Origin: Selaginella moellendorffii | Taxonomy: Eukaryota; Plantae; Lycopodiophyta | Direction of reading: 5' to 3' | NCBI RefSeq assembly: GCF_000143415.4 | Contig: NW_003314282.1 | Coordinates: forward strand, 97,700 to 161,699 | Length of the DNA stretch: 64,000 nt | In this document: positions 11,833-25,744 of the stretch, one piece after another | Numbering within the stretch: the stretch's first letter is position 1 | Layout of the letters: every line of letters begins with the position of its first letter | The notes under the pieces: model-generated | What the model was told of the DNA's origin: nothing | The model's input: the letters and a program-made list of their open reading frames with translations, nothing else | Databases searched by the model: none | Position numbers and translations under genes: made by a program

Positions 11833-12842
11833 TCAACTCTAGTCAGTCAATCGAGATTCATATCCTCCGTATATACGCAAATCTTTTTATGCCTTCGAGG
11901 CAGCCATGGTGGCGATTTCTTTTTAATCTGCTGCTGATTTATTATTCTTGGTCAGGCAGCACTTCCTGCATTCTAAAGTGTGTTTCAAAAGTCCATCATA
12001 TAATTGGAAAATTGAAAACAAGAATTTTTATTTGCAAAACCATTGACACCTTTTTTTAAGAAAATGGATCTATATATAACTAGCTATAGGACAATGATTA
12101 GATTCAACATAGTTCTGTTATAGTTTTAAAACCATAATTTAAAATTTGTACAAACTATTATTAATTATATTAAAGCATATACAAGGATATTGGCATTCAA
12201 ATAATGTGCTATATTATATCTATATATAGTATATTTAATGTTAATGCATAATAAATTGTATTGATAATTCACTATTATATGAGAAGAGAAGGTGATTACT
12301 TATGTTAAAGATTACTACAAACAATTTTAAGCAATCTATTAATTATAAAAATTGATCAAATAAGTATAAAAAATATAATAAAATAAATTTATGCAATTTG
12401 AATATATTAATTATAAGTTGAAAAACTAATTTTGTGAGTGCATAGAATATGGAAAGGGAATACAGAAATGTGCATATCAATTAGCCCAAAAACCATAGCT
12501 TATATACAAGAGCGAGTAGTTCGGATTGAAACCAATCCAACAGCTACCAAAATCCCACTATGCTAATATTAGTATACAGCATCGTAGCTGTACACTTGAC
12601 CCTCATATCATCCCCTCCTCTCGGAATAATGGAAGACCATCAGGGTTCTTTTGTAGACGGGCCGGGATCTAAAGGAACATTAGGAGGAGGCATCGGCGGA
12701 TCTGTAGATGGTATTAACTGTTCCTGATCCCTTTGTATGAAGCGTTTCAACCGCTGCATATGCACAATCTCTGGAGGATCAGCCTGTTGGATGTCATACC
12801 GAACCTCATAAACTTATGGTCCAACTTGCCGCAACAGCCGAT

Positions 12843-13991
12843 TGTAAGCCACAAATTTTTCCTTTCCAATTTGCTAGCTTACCTCGTCTATCCGTCCAAC
12901 ACTGCCTTGGCTTTTGCTAAGTTCCCTTGCCAAGGTTCTCGCCTATGGTACCAGCTCCTACTTGGTTTCAGCTACTCACTGCACGAGCAACGGAGTGTTA
13001 GCCATCCTTCCACGGATTCCCAAATCACTCCCAATCCCCCTCCCCGGGTTAGACTGGACTTAGGTTCGGCTACACTCCCCGCAAGCACAAGCAGCCAAGC
13101 ACACCAAGCTTCCAGGTTCCTAACATCCCCTGGTACCACAAGACTTGATCATGGGACCCTCTAAATCCCCAGTCTTGAGTGCAACACTTGCTTCGGGACG
13201 CCGGGGCGAAACACCGTGGCCTAACGGCCCGGTATGGGTACCTCTCGCCCCCCACTTCCATCCCGAAGGAAGGCCCAAGCCCCTAGGAAGGGCGAGGACC
13301 AATGAGCCGCATGGTACTCAAGTGGGGCACCACTCCACATGAGCCGGGAGCACCGCAATCGGTTTCCCTTTCGGGAGTGGGAGCTGCTCTTGAGCACTTC
13401 CTTGGATGGCCCCTCCGGCACCAGCCAAGTCCATGCTCACTCCCACCCAAGGCCCCCTCGGTCCCAGTCCCAACCTCAAGTCGGTTTGGAAGCCCAACTG
13501 GAGAGTTCCCTTCAAAACTGGTTCCTGGACCTCACTATCCCTACTATACTTTTGGAACCCCCTGCAGCCCCCCCCCCCTGGGAGACGCACGCTTTGGGCT
13601 TTCACCCCTTGACCCGTATTAGTATTTGGACTTAGTCTCTGGCTCGATCTCGGACCCGATTTCGGATCCGACTTCGGATTCGGGTTCGGACTCGATCACG
13701 GACTCGATCTTGGACCCGATCTCGAACCCGACCTCGGACTCGACCTCGGACTCGGTCTCGGACCCGATTTCGGATCTCGGACTCTGTCTCAAACTCGGTC
13801 TCGAACTCGGACTCGAACTCGGTCCCCGAGTCGGTCTCAGACTCGATTCCGGACTCTATCTCGAACTCGGTCCTAGAGTCGGTCTTGGACTCGATCTTCG
13901 ACTTGGTCCCATCCGATGAACTCTTTGTCATTTTGGTCATGCTTTCGGGGTTCCTTTAGCCTACGACACCTCGGCGAGTTGGTTCCTTACA
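12843..13991. mobile_element. Solo LTR (1149 bp) nested in the gypsy integrase
   Basis: Termini TGTAAG...CTTACA flanked by 5-bp TSD CCGAT (12838-12842, 13992-13996). Removing it restores integrase WKGPYRLLRQVGP. Confidence 0.88.
13630..13910. repeat. Degenerate hexamer-based tandem repeat (CTCGGA/CTCGAT/CTCGAA) inside the solo LTR
   Basis: Visible 6/12-bp periodicity; gives spurious SDS/ESE/RVRD ORFs. Confidence 0.85.
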
Positions 13992-16900
13992 CCGATACGG
14001 TCCTTTCCACTGTGCAAGGAGCCCCTTAGATAAACCACGTACCGTAACATGGAGAAAACGGACTAACACCAAATCATCCACTTTGTACTCCGCAGGTGGA
14101 CGATGATGGGAGTTGTAGCGCCGTTGTTGTCCCACTTGTACGCGGCTTAAGTGTTCGGCAGACTCCGCTCAGACAAGTGGAAGAATGCTCGTCAAATATT
14201 GATCTCATAACCTAGCATCTGCAGCTCGTGGCAATCACGAAGGTAAACCCAACTCCGTTGGTAATATTGGATCATGACCATATAGGAATTTATATGGTGA
14301 AGCACCAACAAAACTCTGCACCCTAATGACATATACATACCGAAGAGACGGCAAATAACCATTTCAATCCAAATGCTTAAAGTTCACATACTTCGCAATC
14401 ATCCCCTTGAACGTCCGAACGAGCTGTTCCACCAGACCGTCTGATTGTGGATGATAAGCACTCGTGAAAGTGTGGCGAATCCCCAACCGAGACGTCAAAA
14501 CATGAAATGCCTTAGCCATAAATGCAGGACCATTATCCGAAAGAATCCGCTCTAGACAAGAATGCTGGAACACCACTCGATTGAGGAGGAAGTATCCAAC
14601 AGCAGTTGCAGAGGCACTAACAAGAGCACCAAGTTCCACCCAACGAGTCAAATAGTCAGAAGCAATAATAACATACTCATTGCCAATAGTCGACCGTGGA
14701 AAAGGTCCTATAAGATCAAACGCCACCAACTTAAATGGACGGGAAACTGCAATTGACTCCAACCATCCTTCTGCAGCCCAAGGGGGAGTATTACGAGCTT
14801 GGCACCAAACGCAACTACGCACATACTGGATAATATCACGTCGCATCTCCGGCCAATAGAAAGACTTGTGCAGCTTCTCAATTACACGACGATGTCCCAT
14901 ATGCCCACCTAGAACAGGAGAATCATGGTAGGCATGGAGAAACCGCAGAATAAAGATAGAAGGCACCACCAGCCGTAAATGATCATCAGGATCTATCTCC
15001 ACAAAATAAAGAAGGCCATTTTCAAGATGATATTGAGAATGTAAATGCCGGAAAGGCAAGTCATCAGCAAGTGATGCAGGATTCTCAAACCCATCTCGAA
15101 GCCTTCGAATCCATAGCTCAACCTTTTGAGCCTTGCGAACCTCATCAAGCGAAGGTAGATCTTGCTCTACACCTTGTGGACACTAAACGTCAAGTACAGC
15201 AACCGCCAACGGCATAGAATCCTCGTCTAGAAAATCCACAGATGCTGGAACGACAAGCTCATCAGAAACATGAGAAGAGAATGGAAAAGGAAGAGGAGCT
15301 CGAGAAAGGGCATCAGAACTCCCTAAGCGATGAACAACATCAAAATCATATATTTGAAGCTTCAAAGCCCACCGAGCAGTATGACCAACTAGGTTCTTCC
15401 GCTTCAATAACGAAGTAACAGCAGCATGGTCACCTTCAAGTAACGTCCGAGAACCATGTAAATATGCATGAAGTTTCTCGAAACCTTAGACTGCTGCTAA
15501 ACACTCCTTCTTTGTCGTGGAGTAGTTCATCTCCGCTGGTTGTAATGTATGGCTTATATATGCAATGGGATGGCGCTGACCAGGCACACTCGAGCTCTCT
15601 TGCATTAACACACCTCCAAGACCAATGTCAAAAGCATCAATGCCCAAAATAAAAGGTCGAGTGTAGTCAGGATATGCCAAAACCGGAGGAGTTGTCAATA
15701 ACTCTTTGAGATCCTCAAACGCCGGCTCAAAATCCAGAGACCAGATGAAAGATGACGTTGATGACTTCAGCAACGCTTGCAACGGTGCAGTGCGATCAAA
15801 AAGATGATCCTGCACCTTGCCCAAGAAGCACTGCACATCATTTACACACTTCGGAGTAGGGAACTTTAAAACAGCCACAAGTATATCAGGATCAACTTGC
15901 AAACCCTCATGAGAAATACGATACCCAAGATAAGTTGTGTCCTTGGATCCAAACACGCACTTCAACTGCTTCAGCTTTAAACCAACATCGCATAGCCGAT
16001 CCAACACTTTACAAACATCACAAATGTGCTCCTCCCACGTCCCCTCCAAGTGGATCAAGACATCATCAATGAAGTCAACAATCACCTCCGGCATATCGCA
16101 AAGAACCTCGTCTATCATCCGTTGAAAAGTTACTGGAGCATTGTTCAAACAAAATGGCATCACCAAGAACTCATACAAACCAAATGGTGTACGAAAAGCA
16201 GTCTTAGGAATATCTTCTTCAGCCATCGGTACTTGCCAGTACCCAGAAGCAAGATCTAGCTTGGTGAACCAACGACTTCGCCCCAGACGATCTAAGAGAT
16301 CAGTAGTGTGAGGAAGAAGGTACACATCCGGGATCGTTACGTCGTTTAACAAACAATAGTTGATGCAGAAACGAATACTCCCATCAGGCTTCGTCACAAG
16401 ATGAGGTTCACATGCCCAAGGACTCCACGACTTCCAAATAACACTTTTCTCCAACATCTTTTTTGACATTTGCATGTAAAATCTTGATCTCCTTTGGTGA
16501 CCGATGACGAACAGAAACCTTGATTGGACAAGCATCCCCAGTTGGAATTGGATGACATGTGGCAATCTTAGCTCCAGACGATAGGTCAAATTTAAAGAGA
16601 TCAGAATACTCCTTCATGAGCTGGTCAACTGCTGCAACACAAAGATCGTCAGAGGGATCGGAAAAGGGAAGAGCAGAACAAGATGGAAACACAGGAAGAA
16701 ATAGTGGAGGAACAAAAGTAATGGAAGCAAAGGTAGAAGTAGAGGGATGAAGAGGTACGGAAGTGAGAGGAATGGATGAAACATAAGGAAGTATGAGACA
16801 AGGGGGAGAAGCCTCAAAGTCACACTTGGCATGATTGCGCTACAACCAATCCATACCAAAAATGAGGTCAAAAGCTTGACTTAGCACCACCCGCAATGAC

Positions 16901-19599
16901 TGCAACTCAAGCTCGAGATCGCCTATACGCACAACTAGGTCTGCCTCATCCCGTGCATATGCATGTGTACGGCCATTGTCATAAAGAATGAAAACTAGTT
17001 CCGCCGCACGACGCAAGTGTAGACAACAACGTATGGCAACAAGTCGAGCAATAGAAGATAAACTCGAACCTATATCAACCAACATGGAGAGAATAATAGG
17101 AGACCTCTTGTTATAAAGACGAGCTTGGAAAGTAAACACTGGATGAACTGGTGCTGAGTGAACCCCTTGATGATACTCCTAAAAGAAAGATGGAGGGGTC
17201 ACTGACTTATTCGCGCAAGGTCCCTCCGTTACTCACATGACTCCTCGTTTCTTGGATGCATCTCGGTGTCCAAACCTTCCACTGCAGCAGCACCAACGGG
17301 ACGTTGCTGATGCCAAGGTCTCCACCCAGGAAATGGAGGTTGCCAATCTGGAAAATGCCGACAACGCTGATAAATATGACCAACTTCATCACATGCCTAG
17401 CAGTGAACATCACGGCCACGACCACATCCTCACCCTTGGCCTTGGACTCGAGCAGCAGCAGCATCAACCTCCATTGGAACAGAACCATCACCCACAGGAA
17501 GTGGAGCTGAAAGACGTGCAGCAAGAAGTGGAAGAGGCAACGTCTCATAACGTTGTGCCAAGTGAAGAGCATCGTCAAGAGTGGTGGGAACAAATGCATG
17601 CACAAGTCCAACAATATCTTGACGAAGTGCTAGCCACAACATTCCTAGCTTGATCCGCTCCGACATATTTGGCTTTGCATGAAGCAAAAGACTTCGGAAA
17701 CGAATACCAAATTGCATCACCGACTCGGATGGCCCTTGGCGAAGACGATGCAATTGTTAGAAGGCATCGTCACAGTCGTCAGCATGTCCGAAGGCACGTT
17801 TGAAGATGTCCGGGAGAACACTCCAATCCCCATGAGTGGTTGCGCTCAAACCATTGTACCACTACAACGCCGTCCCTTGAAGACACGTGGGAAACTCACG
17901 CAAACGCCGAGCATCATCCCAAAAATGATATGTGGCAATCACCGTAAAGTGATCGAACCAATGGTACACATCATCCCCAGGATTCCTGCGAAAGAACTCT
18001 GGTTGAACGCGAGGATTGGCACCAAGAGTAGGAGGAGTTGTACCACGTGCCGTGAACGCCACCATCAACTAAGTTTGGTTGTTCAATTGCAAGCGCATAG
18101 CATCAAGCAATTGTACCAACTGCTGCTCCAGAGTCAAAGGAGAAGATTGCTAATCTGCCATGAAGACGAATGGAAAAAGAGCAAAAGAAGATAAAAAGCT
18201 AGAAGGAAATGGTAGATCTAGACAATGCAAAAAGCTAGATCTAAACCAAAATCTTGAAAGGAAAGAACAAAAGAAAAAAAATGGGATCTAGACGATGCAA
18301 AAGCTAGATCCAAACCAAAATCCCAAATCCAAGCACTCCCCAAGGACAATCAAAGATGCCCTTCACCTCCACCAATATGAGTGCATGGAATATGGAAAGG
18401 GAATACAGAAATGCATATCAATTAGCCCAAATACCTTAGCTTATATACAGGAGCGAGTGGTCCAAATTGAAACCAATCCGACGGCTACCAAAATCCCACT
18501 ACGCTAATATTAGTATACGGCATCGTAGCCGTACACTTGGCCCTCACATTAAAAAATTAATAAAATGAATTAAAGAAATGTTTTCAAAAACCTAATGTTT
18601 CCCAATTCCAAACTTGATCATGATGATATTGCAAATTTAGAAATTTTCAAATTCTTGATTTGCAACATATAATATTGAAGAGAGCTTAATTTTGGCATTT
18701 ATTCAATCCTGTCATTTCTTATGAGTTTAATTCTATAGTACAATAGTCAAGGCTCTTCCCTATGTCTTAAGCTTTTAATGAAATCTATAAATCCTAGAGC
18801 CCATCTTTCTTCATGTTTATGATATGTTTCCTTATCTCCATGGTAGTTGTTGGTATCATAGCAAAGAAAGGGTTGATGATATTATAGTTCTAGATCCAGA
18901 AAAGGTTGATTGATATGTTTTAGTGATAATATGTAGTGTTTATAGATATGTATTTATCATATTTTTATATTTACTAAAGTGTATTTTACCATTATTGTCT
19001 ACAATAAGATTCGTACCTCAATCCTTTATTCATAAGATTTGATCTCAACACATACCATGCACATCCATGGGCATTTTAAGATTAATAAAGACCCATACCC
19101 AAATAAGATCATATAAAAATACTGTTTTAAAAGTTTTATATTTAGAGTGTTCAATATAAATCCATTTTTTCTTCTTTTTTCTTTTAGAATTTTATCTTCC
19201 AGTTTCAAGACAAAGATCTAAGTAGTAAGAGAAGTGATAAAACAAGTATCATATTATCCAATTTTCAAAGATTAAAAAAACATAAATATGAACTTTAAAC
19301 AAGAAAATTACCTCTAAACACTAAATCCTGATTACAAGTAAATTAAAGAAGTTTGTTTAAGACTTATACCAAAAATATTTTAGCATATGGTAACTACATG
19401 TTAAAAAATCTTCTTCACTGTCTAGTCATTGATAATGTAGCAGTAAAAACTCTATGGTTTGCTTATTCCCATATCTTCCATACATGTCACATCCCACTCA
19501 AAATTCTTGTAGTAGTGAACAACATCTCTCAGATCTTCCTTAGCTAATCTCAGTTCTTTCATATTCCTTACTTGGGAGGTGTGAAAGTCATTGTTTATC

Positions 19600-20650
19600 A
19601 CACATCAAACAAAACATACCTCTATTTCTCTGTGATAGACAAAAGCATCATCACCTTTGATAGTAAAGAAATTTTAATTTCATCTTCTTCCTAGATTCCA
19701 TTACTTGAACAAAAAGCTTGTAGAGTTCCTGGTGCAAAAAAAGCATCTTGTGGCCACTTCCCATAATTGTAGCAGTTGTCATCATCATTGTCACCTCCAG
19801 AAAACACTCTCTTCCCTTAACTCTAAGACTTTATTTTGGAGAGAATTTACCACACTTGATTTTCACATAGACTCTTCTTCATCCTCATCTGATTTCAATG
19901 CATATAAGACCTTGACTAGCTTGCCAGTAGCCTTAGCTTCGGTAATCCCCTCTTATGCCTCTTGAAAGAGCATTTGCAATGGCTTGTCCTTATATACTAC
20001 AACCCATGCCTTCACTGCCACTGACAATCCATTGTAGAAAATTTGTCATGCCATGGAATTAGCTTCATCTGGGTCTTGGTTTAAAATGCAAGTTGCATGC
20101 AACAGAGTCACCTAGTCGACTTGCACGGGTTCATCAAGTTTGTACTTCCTGCACTATACAATCTTCAATGCCCTGTCAGTGGGATAGAATAGCTGCCATA
20201 TCAACTCACCATCTCTTCCCAAGTTTCCATATGATCCTCGCTCCTCTAGAAAACAAATTAACGTTGTGCTTCCCCATCTAGGGATATGCACAAAGCATTT
20301 AGTTTTTTCCTCTCCTTTTACCTTATTGTTCTGAGCAGCACATTCAAAGAGTTCTAAGTAAACATTGAAGTCCTCCCCGAGTTTGTAGATGGGGTACTTC
20401 ATGGACATCCCAGCCTGGTAGTATGTGCCACTTCACTAAGTATGGCAAACTGAGGATTATACATCAAATCCAAGAGCATTTCCCTAATCCTATCACCTTC
20501 CTAGCTATATCCAGCAAGAGCTTCACCATCCTCAAGTCACAATACATCACTAATCAGATCCTGCTCATGATCATGAGCAAAAATCATTTCCTTGCCACTA
20601 TTTGCCTCCATCAAACTGTTCAAGAAGCCTACATTTCAATGCAAGAGTGA
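19600..20650 (-). mobile_element. Decayed retrotransposon gag remnant
   Basis: YPIYKLGEDFNVYLELFECAAQNNK (retrotrans-gag-like) and a broken zinc-knuckle-like segment near 19730-19780. Many stops. Confidence 0.5.
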
Positions 20651-21549
20651 TGGGGTGTTAGTAACTCTAACTATTGTACATTAACCAATCTTTCCATATA
20701 TAGTAAGTGAGCATTCCATCTGACTGAATCAAGCTACCACAGCTTAAAACAAGACAACACCACATCATCCACAAAGCCACCACAATTTAAAACAAGATAA
20801 CACCACATTGACCCATGAAGCTACCATAGCTTCAAATGAAAATCCAACTCAAACAGCCTCCACAACAATCAAAGATGATCAATAGAACCTCCCGTCTCCA
20901 CCAAAGAATAGGCAGCTCCATGATCATATTTCAATACTTACATTGCTCAAGGGAAAGAAACCACACCCCACCAACTCACCCGAGATCCCCTATACATGAT
21001 AACTGCGATGACATCATGAACCCTAAAGTTTCAATCTTGACAAGCTTTCTTGCTCTCTTCTAGCTTGATCCTATGCTAGGTGGAACTTGCCCCACAAGCA
21101 TTAAAGGAGAGTAAGGAATAGGTCTAGTTCTGCTCTTCCACTAGTTGCAATGTTGACCATTAAACATTTGTTGTGTTGTCCCTGGACCGCCAATTGCTAC
21201 AGTATACACTGTAGGAATTGCAACTTGTTAACATCAACATAGGAGGAAAAAAAACAATTTTTCACGTATATAAATATTCAAGAGTCTCATTGTTGTTGTG
21301 CATCCCTTCCTTCTTCTTCTTTCTGATACTATGGCACAATCTACTGTCTCTATTGACAGTGCAAAGCTGCAAGATGAAGGCGCTAGTGAGTGATAGCTTT
21401 TGAACTTGCTGAATAAGCTCATAATTTCGTTTGTGCATCTAGATGGGGCTAAAAGGTCCGTTTCATTCATTCATTTATACATGGTCTCGCAACACCATGA
21501 GATCGTTTGGATTGTTTTTATTCATGCATAGATATGTTTCTGTATTGCA

Positions 21550-22147
21550 GGAGGGTCTATTACAGAAGGGACTACAAAGGACAAGAAGGACATCCAGCAT
21601 GTGCTGGATTATTGGCACGATGATATTCTAGATGACACCAATCTTCCACAGGTATATAAGGATTTCCTATATTACATTGTTGCCATTGTTATTCTATCAG
21701 AGAACTCTACTTGGTCCGTTCAAGAAAAAAGATGGCTTCTACAAGGATGGATGGAGGCTTGACAGTCAAAGTAATGGGCCCTTTGTGAAGTTCCCTAACG
21801 AAGATCCTGATACTAAGTACCAGAATTTTGCCGTCCAATGGCAAAAGTCGTGTGTGGTTGCTCCGCTCGGCCAAAACCCCCGACCTGCGAACGCTCTTAT
21901 CATAGAAGCGTATAATAATAGCCAGAAGGAGTTAAAGGTGGCTGTTATCTGGAAACACTTGGGAGATAGTGATGGAAAAGTAATCTCCCATGTTTGTACT
22001 ATATTATTATGCTTGCTGTCTTTCATTTGCAACTCTCTGCTTTGCCAGCTTTTCGACTCCATAGCCACCAAGAATCTTCTGCACTCTTGGCTGCGACAAG
22101 GAGACTCCAACCGTGATGAGCTTGATGGGAGACGGAGGATGATATAA
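21550..22147 (+). pseudogene. Unknown intron-containing gene or fragment; paralogous broken copy at ~30030-30590
   Basis: AG/GT-bounded exons translate in frame (GSITEGTTKDKKDIQHVLDYWHDD.../RTLLGPFKKKDGFYKDGWRLDSQSNGPFVKFP...). No recognised family. Confidence 0.4.
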
Positions 22148-22248
22148 CTTTTCTCTCAGTTCTAGCTTGCTCCAATCGATCGAGAGCACACTGCATGATC
22201 GATGTGCAATAGCCATGATGAAGAGAATGCCATATCGAGCCACTCCAA

Positions 22249-23380
22249 TCACCTGGAACACGCTGCTGGTGACCTTATAACTCCTGGCCAGAGACCATGA
22301 AAGCTGCCCAGTGTCTCACGTCGTAAATCCGGCTTACCATCGTTGGCCTCGATCATCTCCACAACAGCCTCCCTGAGAGCTCTCGCTATGTCCATTCCTT
22401 GGACCAGATTTCTGTATAATTTCTCCATGAGCACCTGAGTGGACTTGTCTTTCACGTCCCAGGGTGATATCAAGCTGTGACTCAAAAGGCTTGACGATAA
22501 CATGGTAGTAATCCCTGAGAGCCTTGCCTGCATTGTTAGCATCCAGGAGCTCCAGTAATGCTGACGGTGAACAAGCGTTGAAGTCGCATTCTCGGTTATG
22601 CCCGACGAGCTCTCTATTGTGCAACAGGTAGAGGTGAGATATGACCAAAATGTCTCTGTCGATTCCAACGTCTTTGAAAATGACTTGGACTTGCCCCCAT
22701 GCTTTCTCGTCGTTCATGTCGAACTCGTCATGCTTCTCGCGGTCACCTTCGGTTGTGGCCAAGAACAGCACGTCCCTTGCATGACCCTCTCAAACCAAAA
22801 ACTTGCCCGCTTGAACTCGTTCAAAGCGCATAGGGAACTCTGATCAAAGTTGTACTTCATGGTTTTTAAGTTCGTGATCCTGTGCTCAAGTAGCCAAAGT
22901 TTGAATTTACCCGCAAGCAACACCTGAGCACAAAAAGTGATCAAAACAGGGAAAAAAACCAAAACAGAAGTCATCAACCTGAGCATCTCTTCGTACTTTC
23001 GGACGGAGTCAACTTCGAAGCCCATCTTCCACAGAAAATAACCATGGTGTCAAATGTGTGGCCGAACGAAGCCAGGTTGGTACGTCGAGGGTAAGTACAC
23101 TCTGCTAGTTGAATCGACTCTGCCATAAATTCGTTCATCAGAAGAAGGGTGGCTCTCCCGATGGCAATAATATGTCATAATATGCCCACGATAAGTCAGC
23201 CATCTTCATCCCACACTGCCGATCGAAAGTTTGCAAAGCAGGTAGCTCAGAGCCAAAGTCTGCAGCAGCTGACAAATTTGTGATTCCTGTTCCTCAGGAT
23301 CCTCTTCTTTTCGAAGCTTATCCAGGCTGTTGCCTATTTCTTCTACTTCCGCACTTAGCTTGGTGTCACTCCTTGCCATC
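22249..23380 (-). pseudogene. Pseudogene of the CHAT protease half-gene (copy of 30698-32689)
   Basis: High similarity to 30698-32689 with frameshifts. A large deletion joins FESQL directly to the VISLW/VKDKSTQ region, removing the catalytic His and Cys. Confidence 0.85.
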
Positions 23381-23643
23381 CAGCGTGATCTCAAAGCTCA
23401 GTGCACTCACAAAGACGCGGCAAACGAAGAGTCCTTCACCGAATCGGTCATGTCAAACCATTTTGAGGAGAAAAGCAAATTTCTCACTTGCTTAGAAGCT
23501 CCATGTTCCAGGAAGACTTTTGTTTCGTCTTGAAATATATGTGTACGCACCGGAGATCGTGAAGTTGTCGGTGCTCTTGCTATTTGACCATCGTAAGTCC
23601 AGGAACTCCTTTTCCTGCAGACCTGCTGTAAGCATTTGAAGGA

Positions 23644-25153
23644 AATGGGAAGTCTTCGGCCTCTTACTTGGCAGGCGCTGTCCGTTTGCTGGACGCATTG
23701 TTCAAGAGCAAGCAGGATCTCAAGCCTGCCGCGAGGAGATTTGCGGAATGCCACTGGATCTGTCTGCGGGAGAGAGATGTGGATGGACTTCAATGGAGTA
23801 TCAGATTCCTCCAAGGCATCATCAACCATTTCACGGAGAAAGAGTTGGAGCCGGATAATCTGTTTGCCTTTCTGCTGGAATACTGCTGACAAAGATGAAG
23901 CTAAGCAGCACCAGGAGTCGGAGTCTCCACGAGCACTGGAAGAGTTTCATGTGGCAAGTCGTCATCTTAGTGCCACTTGGTTCATCTCCTGCCTCGCTCA
24001 GATCTACTAAGGTATACCATGCTGGGATGGGACTCGGATCGGTGATGAAACAGCAAGAGCGAGATGGTGGAGACTGCTGCGACGCTCTGAAGTGGTTCCA
24101 AGTTGGTAAGTTCATTGCCGAAAGCCTGGAGCCGGCATCCATAGAATACAAGGCTTTTGCTTCATACCAGATCGCGAAGACTTTGGTGCAGCTTGGCGAG
24201 ACAGAAGACTGGAAGCGTCTGCCGCAGGATCTGTGCTCTCAGCAGCACTGCTTGAATGGTCAGCGCAATAATCAAGCATAAAGAAGGCGAACCTCGAGAG
24301 GAAATTGTCGCTGCATACGCGGCTGCTAGAAGAAAGCTTGTAAAGCTGATGGTGAATGTCAAACTTAAGCTTGACGAGAAGCTAGGATCGAGGTGTTGCT
24401 CCCAACGGTGCATCTTGAACTACACCAGGTTCGCACGGTTTTATATGCATGCTCACATTGCCAAAAGAACCTGGTATACTCAAGGCCGCTTGGTTGCTTA
24501 TGATCTGTACCGAGAAGGAAGACTGGAGATTAGTAAAGCTCCATGCTGCAAGGTCCCATGCTGAAGAGAACGCCACCCACGCTCACCAGAATCCAGATCG
24601 CTGTGAAGATGGATTATATGGACAGTCTCTGGGCGGCCGGGACGTTCCTCGACGAGTATATCGGCCGAGAAACGAAGGTAACACGCCAGGAATGAACTCT
24701 CGCATGGTTGCGTGCTTCCGGAAGCACTCCAGAGACGCTAAGGACCAAGAGGCGTGGACGAAATACTACGTGGGAAGGGTGGGATCAACGGACGGTAAAG
24801 TCTCGGATGAGCTGAGTTCCCCTGAGAGAGCAACAACGCCTCTGTTAAGCTACTTTGCGGTATGCGTCTACGAAGCAAAGACCATTCGTGAGTACCTGGA
24901 GAGATCCAAGAAGTTCTAGAGGTGAAAAACATAAGCCTTTAGTGCACCAAAAACTCAGACAGGCCGCGGCCGAGTACATGGAAGGGTCTCTCAGGTGGGG
25001 AGAATTTCCCAGCAAGACAACCTGCATTTCGAGAGAGCAATCCATCTCTTGAGACACCTTATCCTTTTTCGCCATGGCGCAGGAGAGCTTATGCACTATG
25101 GAAGATTGTCTGTGTACCTTATCTCCGGCCATCATGCGTAGGATTTGCAGCTA
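23644..25153 (+). pseudogene. Pseudogene of the helical N-terminal half-gene (copy of 32967-34784)
   Basis: Colinear fragments (CHWICLRERDVDGLQWSIR, WFQVGKFIAESLEPA, WTKYYVGRVGS) with many small deletions and frameshifts. Confidence 0.85.
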
Positions 25154-25744
25154 GTGGTGGACAAACACCATCACAAATAATTAACCTGCAAAGAACATTC
25201 TGGATGGAAGTTACCAACTTTTTAGAAAGCTCCGACCATCAATCCAATATCTGAGCGATAAATTGTGTTAGTGGTCAACAAAAAATTAGAAAAGAAAAGA
25301 TACAGACCTGAGGACATCTTACGCCTTGAACAGCAAACAACCAAAACCCCCGAATTCCTCGCGAGACATGCAACAAAAAAGAACTTACGAGAAGCGGCCT
25401 GGAATGGATATAGTGGTCGGTCCCCTGCCAGAGATGGTAAGTGAAGAAAATCCTCCTCTCTACAGAAATTCTTCTGCTCGGAAACTACCATGTACTTGGT
25501 CAATTTCAATGACTTTGATCGTCTAAAAATATATTAATAACAATCCTAGGGTTGTGACCTTTTGGGCAATCAATATGAGAAAATACAAGAGAAGCAATGG
25601 GTAAGAATTGAGTGGAGTGATTCTTTTAAGACATTTGTCCAGTTAGGAGACACAACCATTCAAAACTTTCAAAATTGAATGGTGACTGACAAAGATGAGG
25701 AGCAAAAAAGCTCTAATCCCTAGGTAGTGGTTCTCTATACCTGG

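Larger units (their letters stand above)
12433..18548 (-). mobile_element. Degenerate Ty3/gypsy LTR retrotransposon (gag-PR-RT-RH-INT)
   Basis: Diverged ~175-bp LTRs at 12433-12607 and 18376-18548. PBS TGGTGGAGGTGAAGGGCATC next to the 5' LTR, PPT GAGAGGAGGGGATGA next to the 3' LTR. RT (KLDLASGYWQV, FIDDVLI), RNase H (IDAF..GLGGVL), integrase (HHCC, SDNGPAF, HPQSDG, WKGPY). Frameshifts and stops. No clear TSD. Confidence 0.93.

Noticed and set aside
13626-13940. SDS/ESE/RVRD repeat ORFs as an extra retroelement gene
   Set aside because: Hexamer tandem repeat inside a nested solo LTR; open frames are expected.
12428-18553. TSD for the large gypsy element
   Set aside because: Flanks AATTT and TTAAA do not match, so none is claimed.
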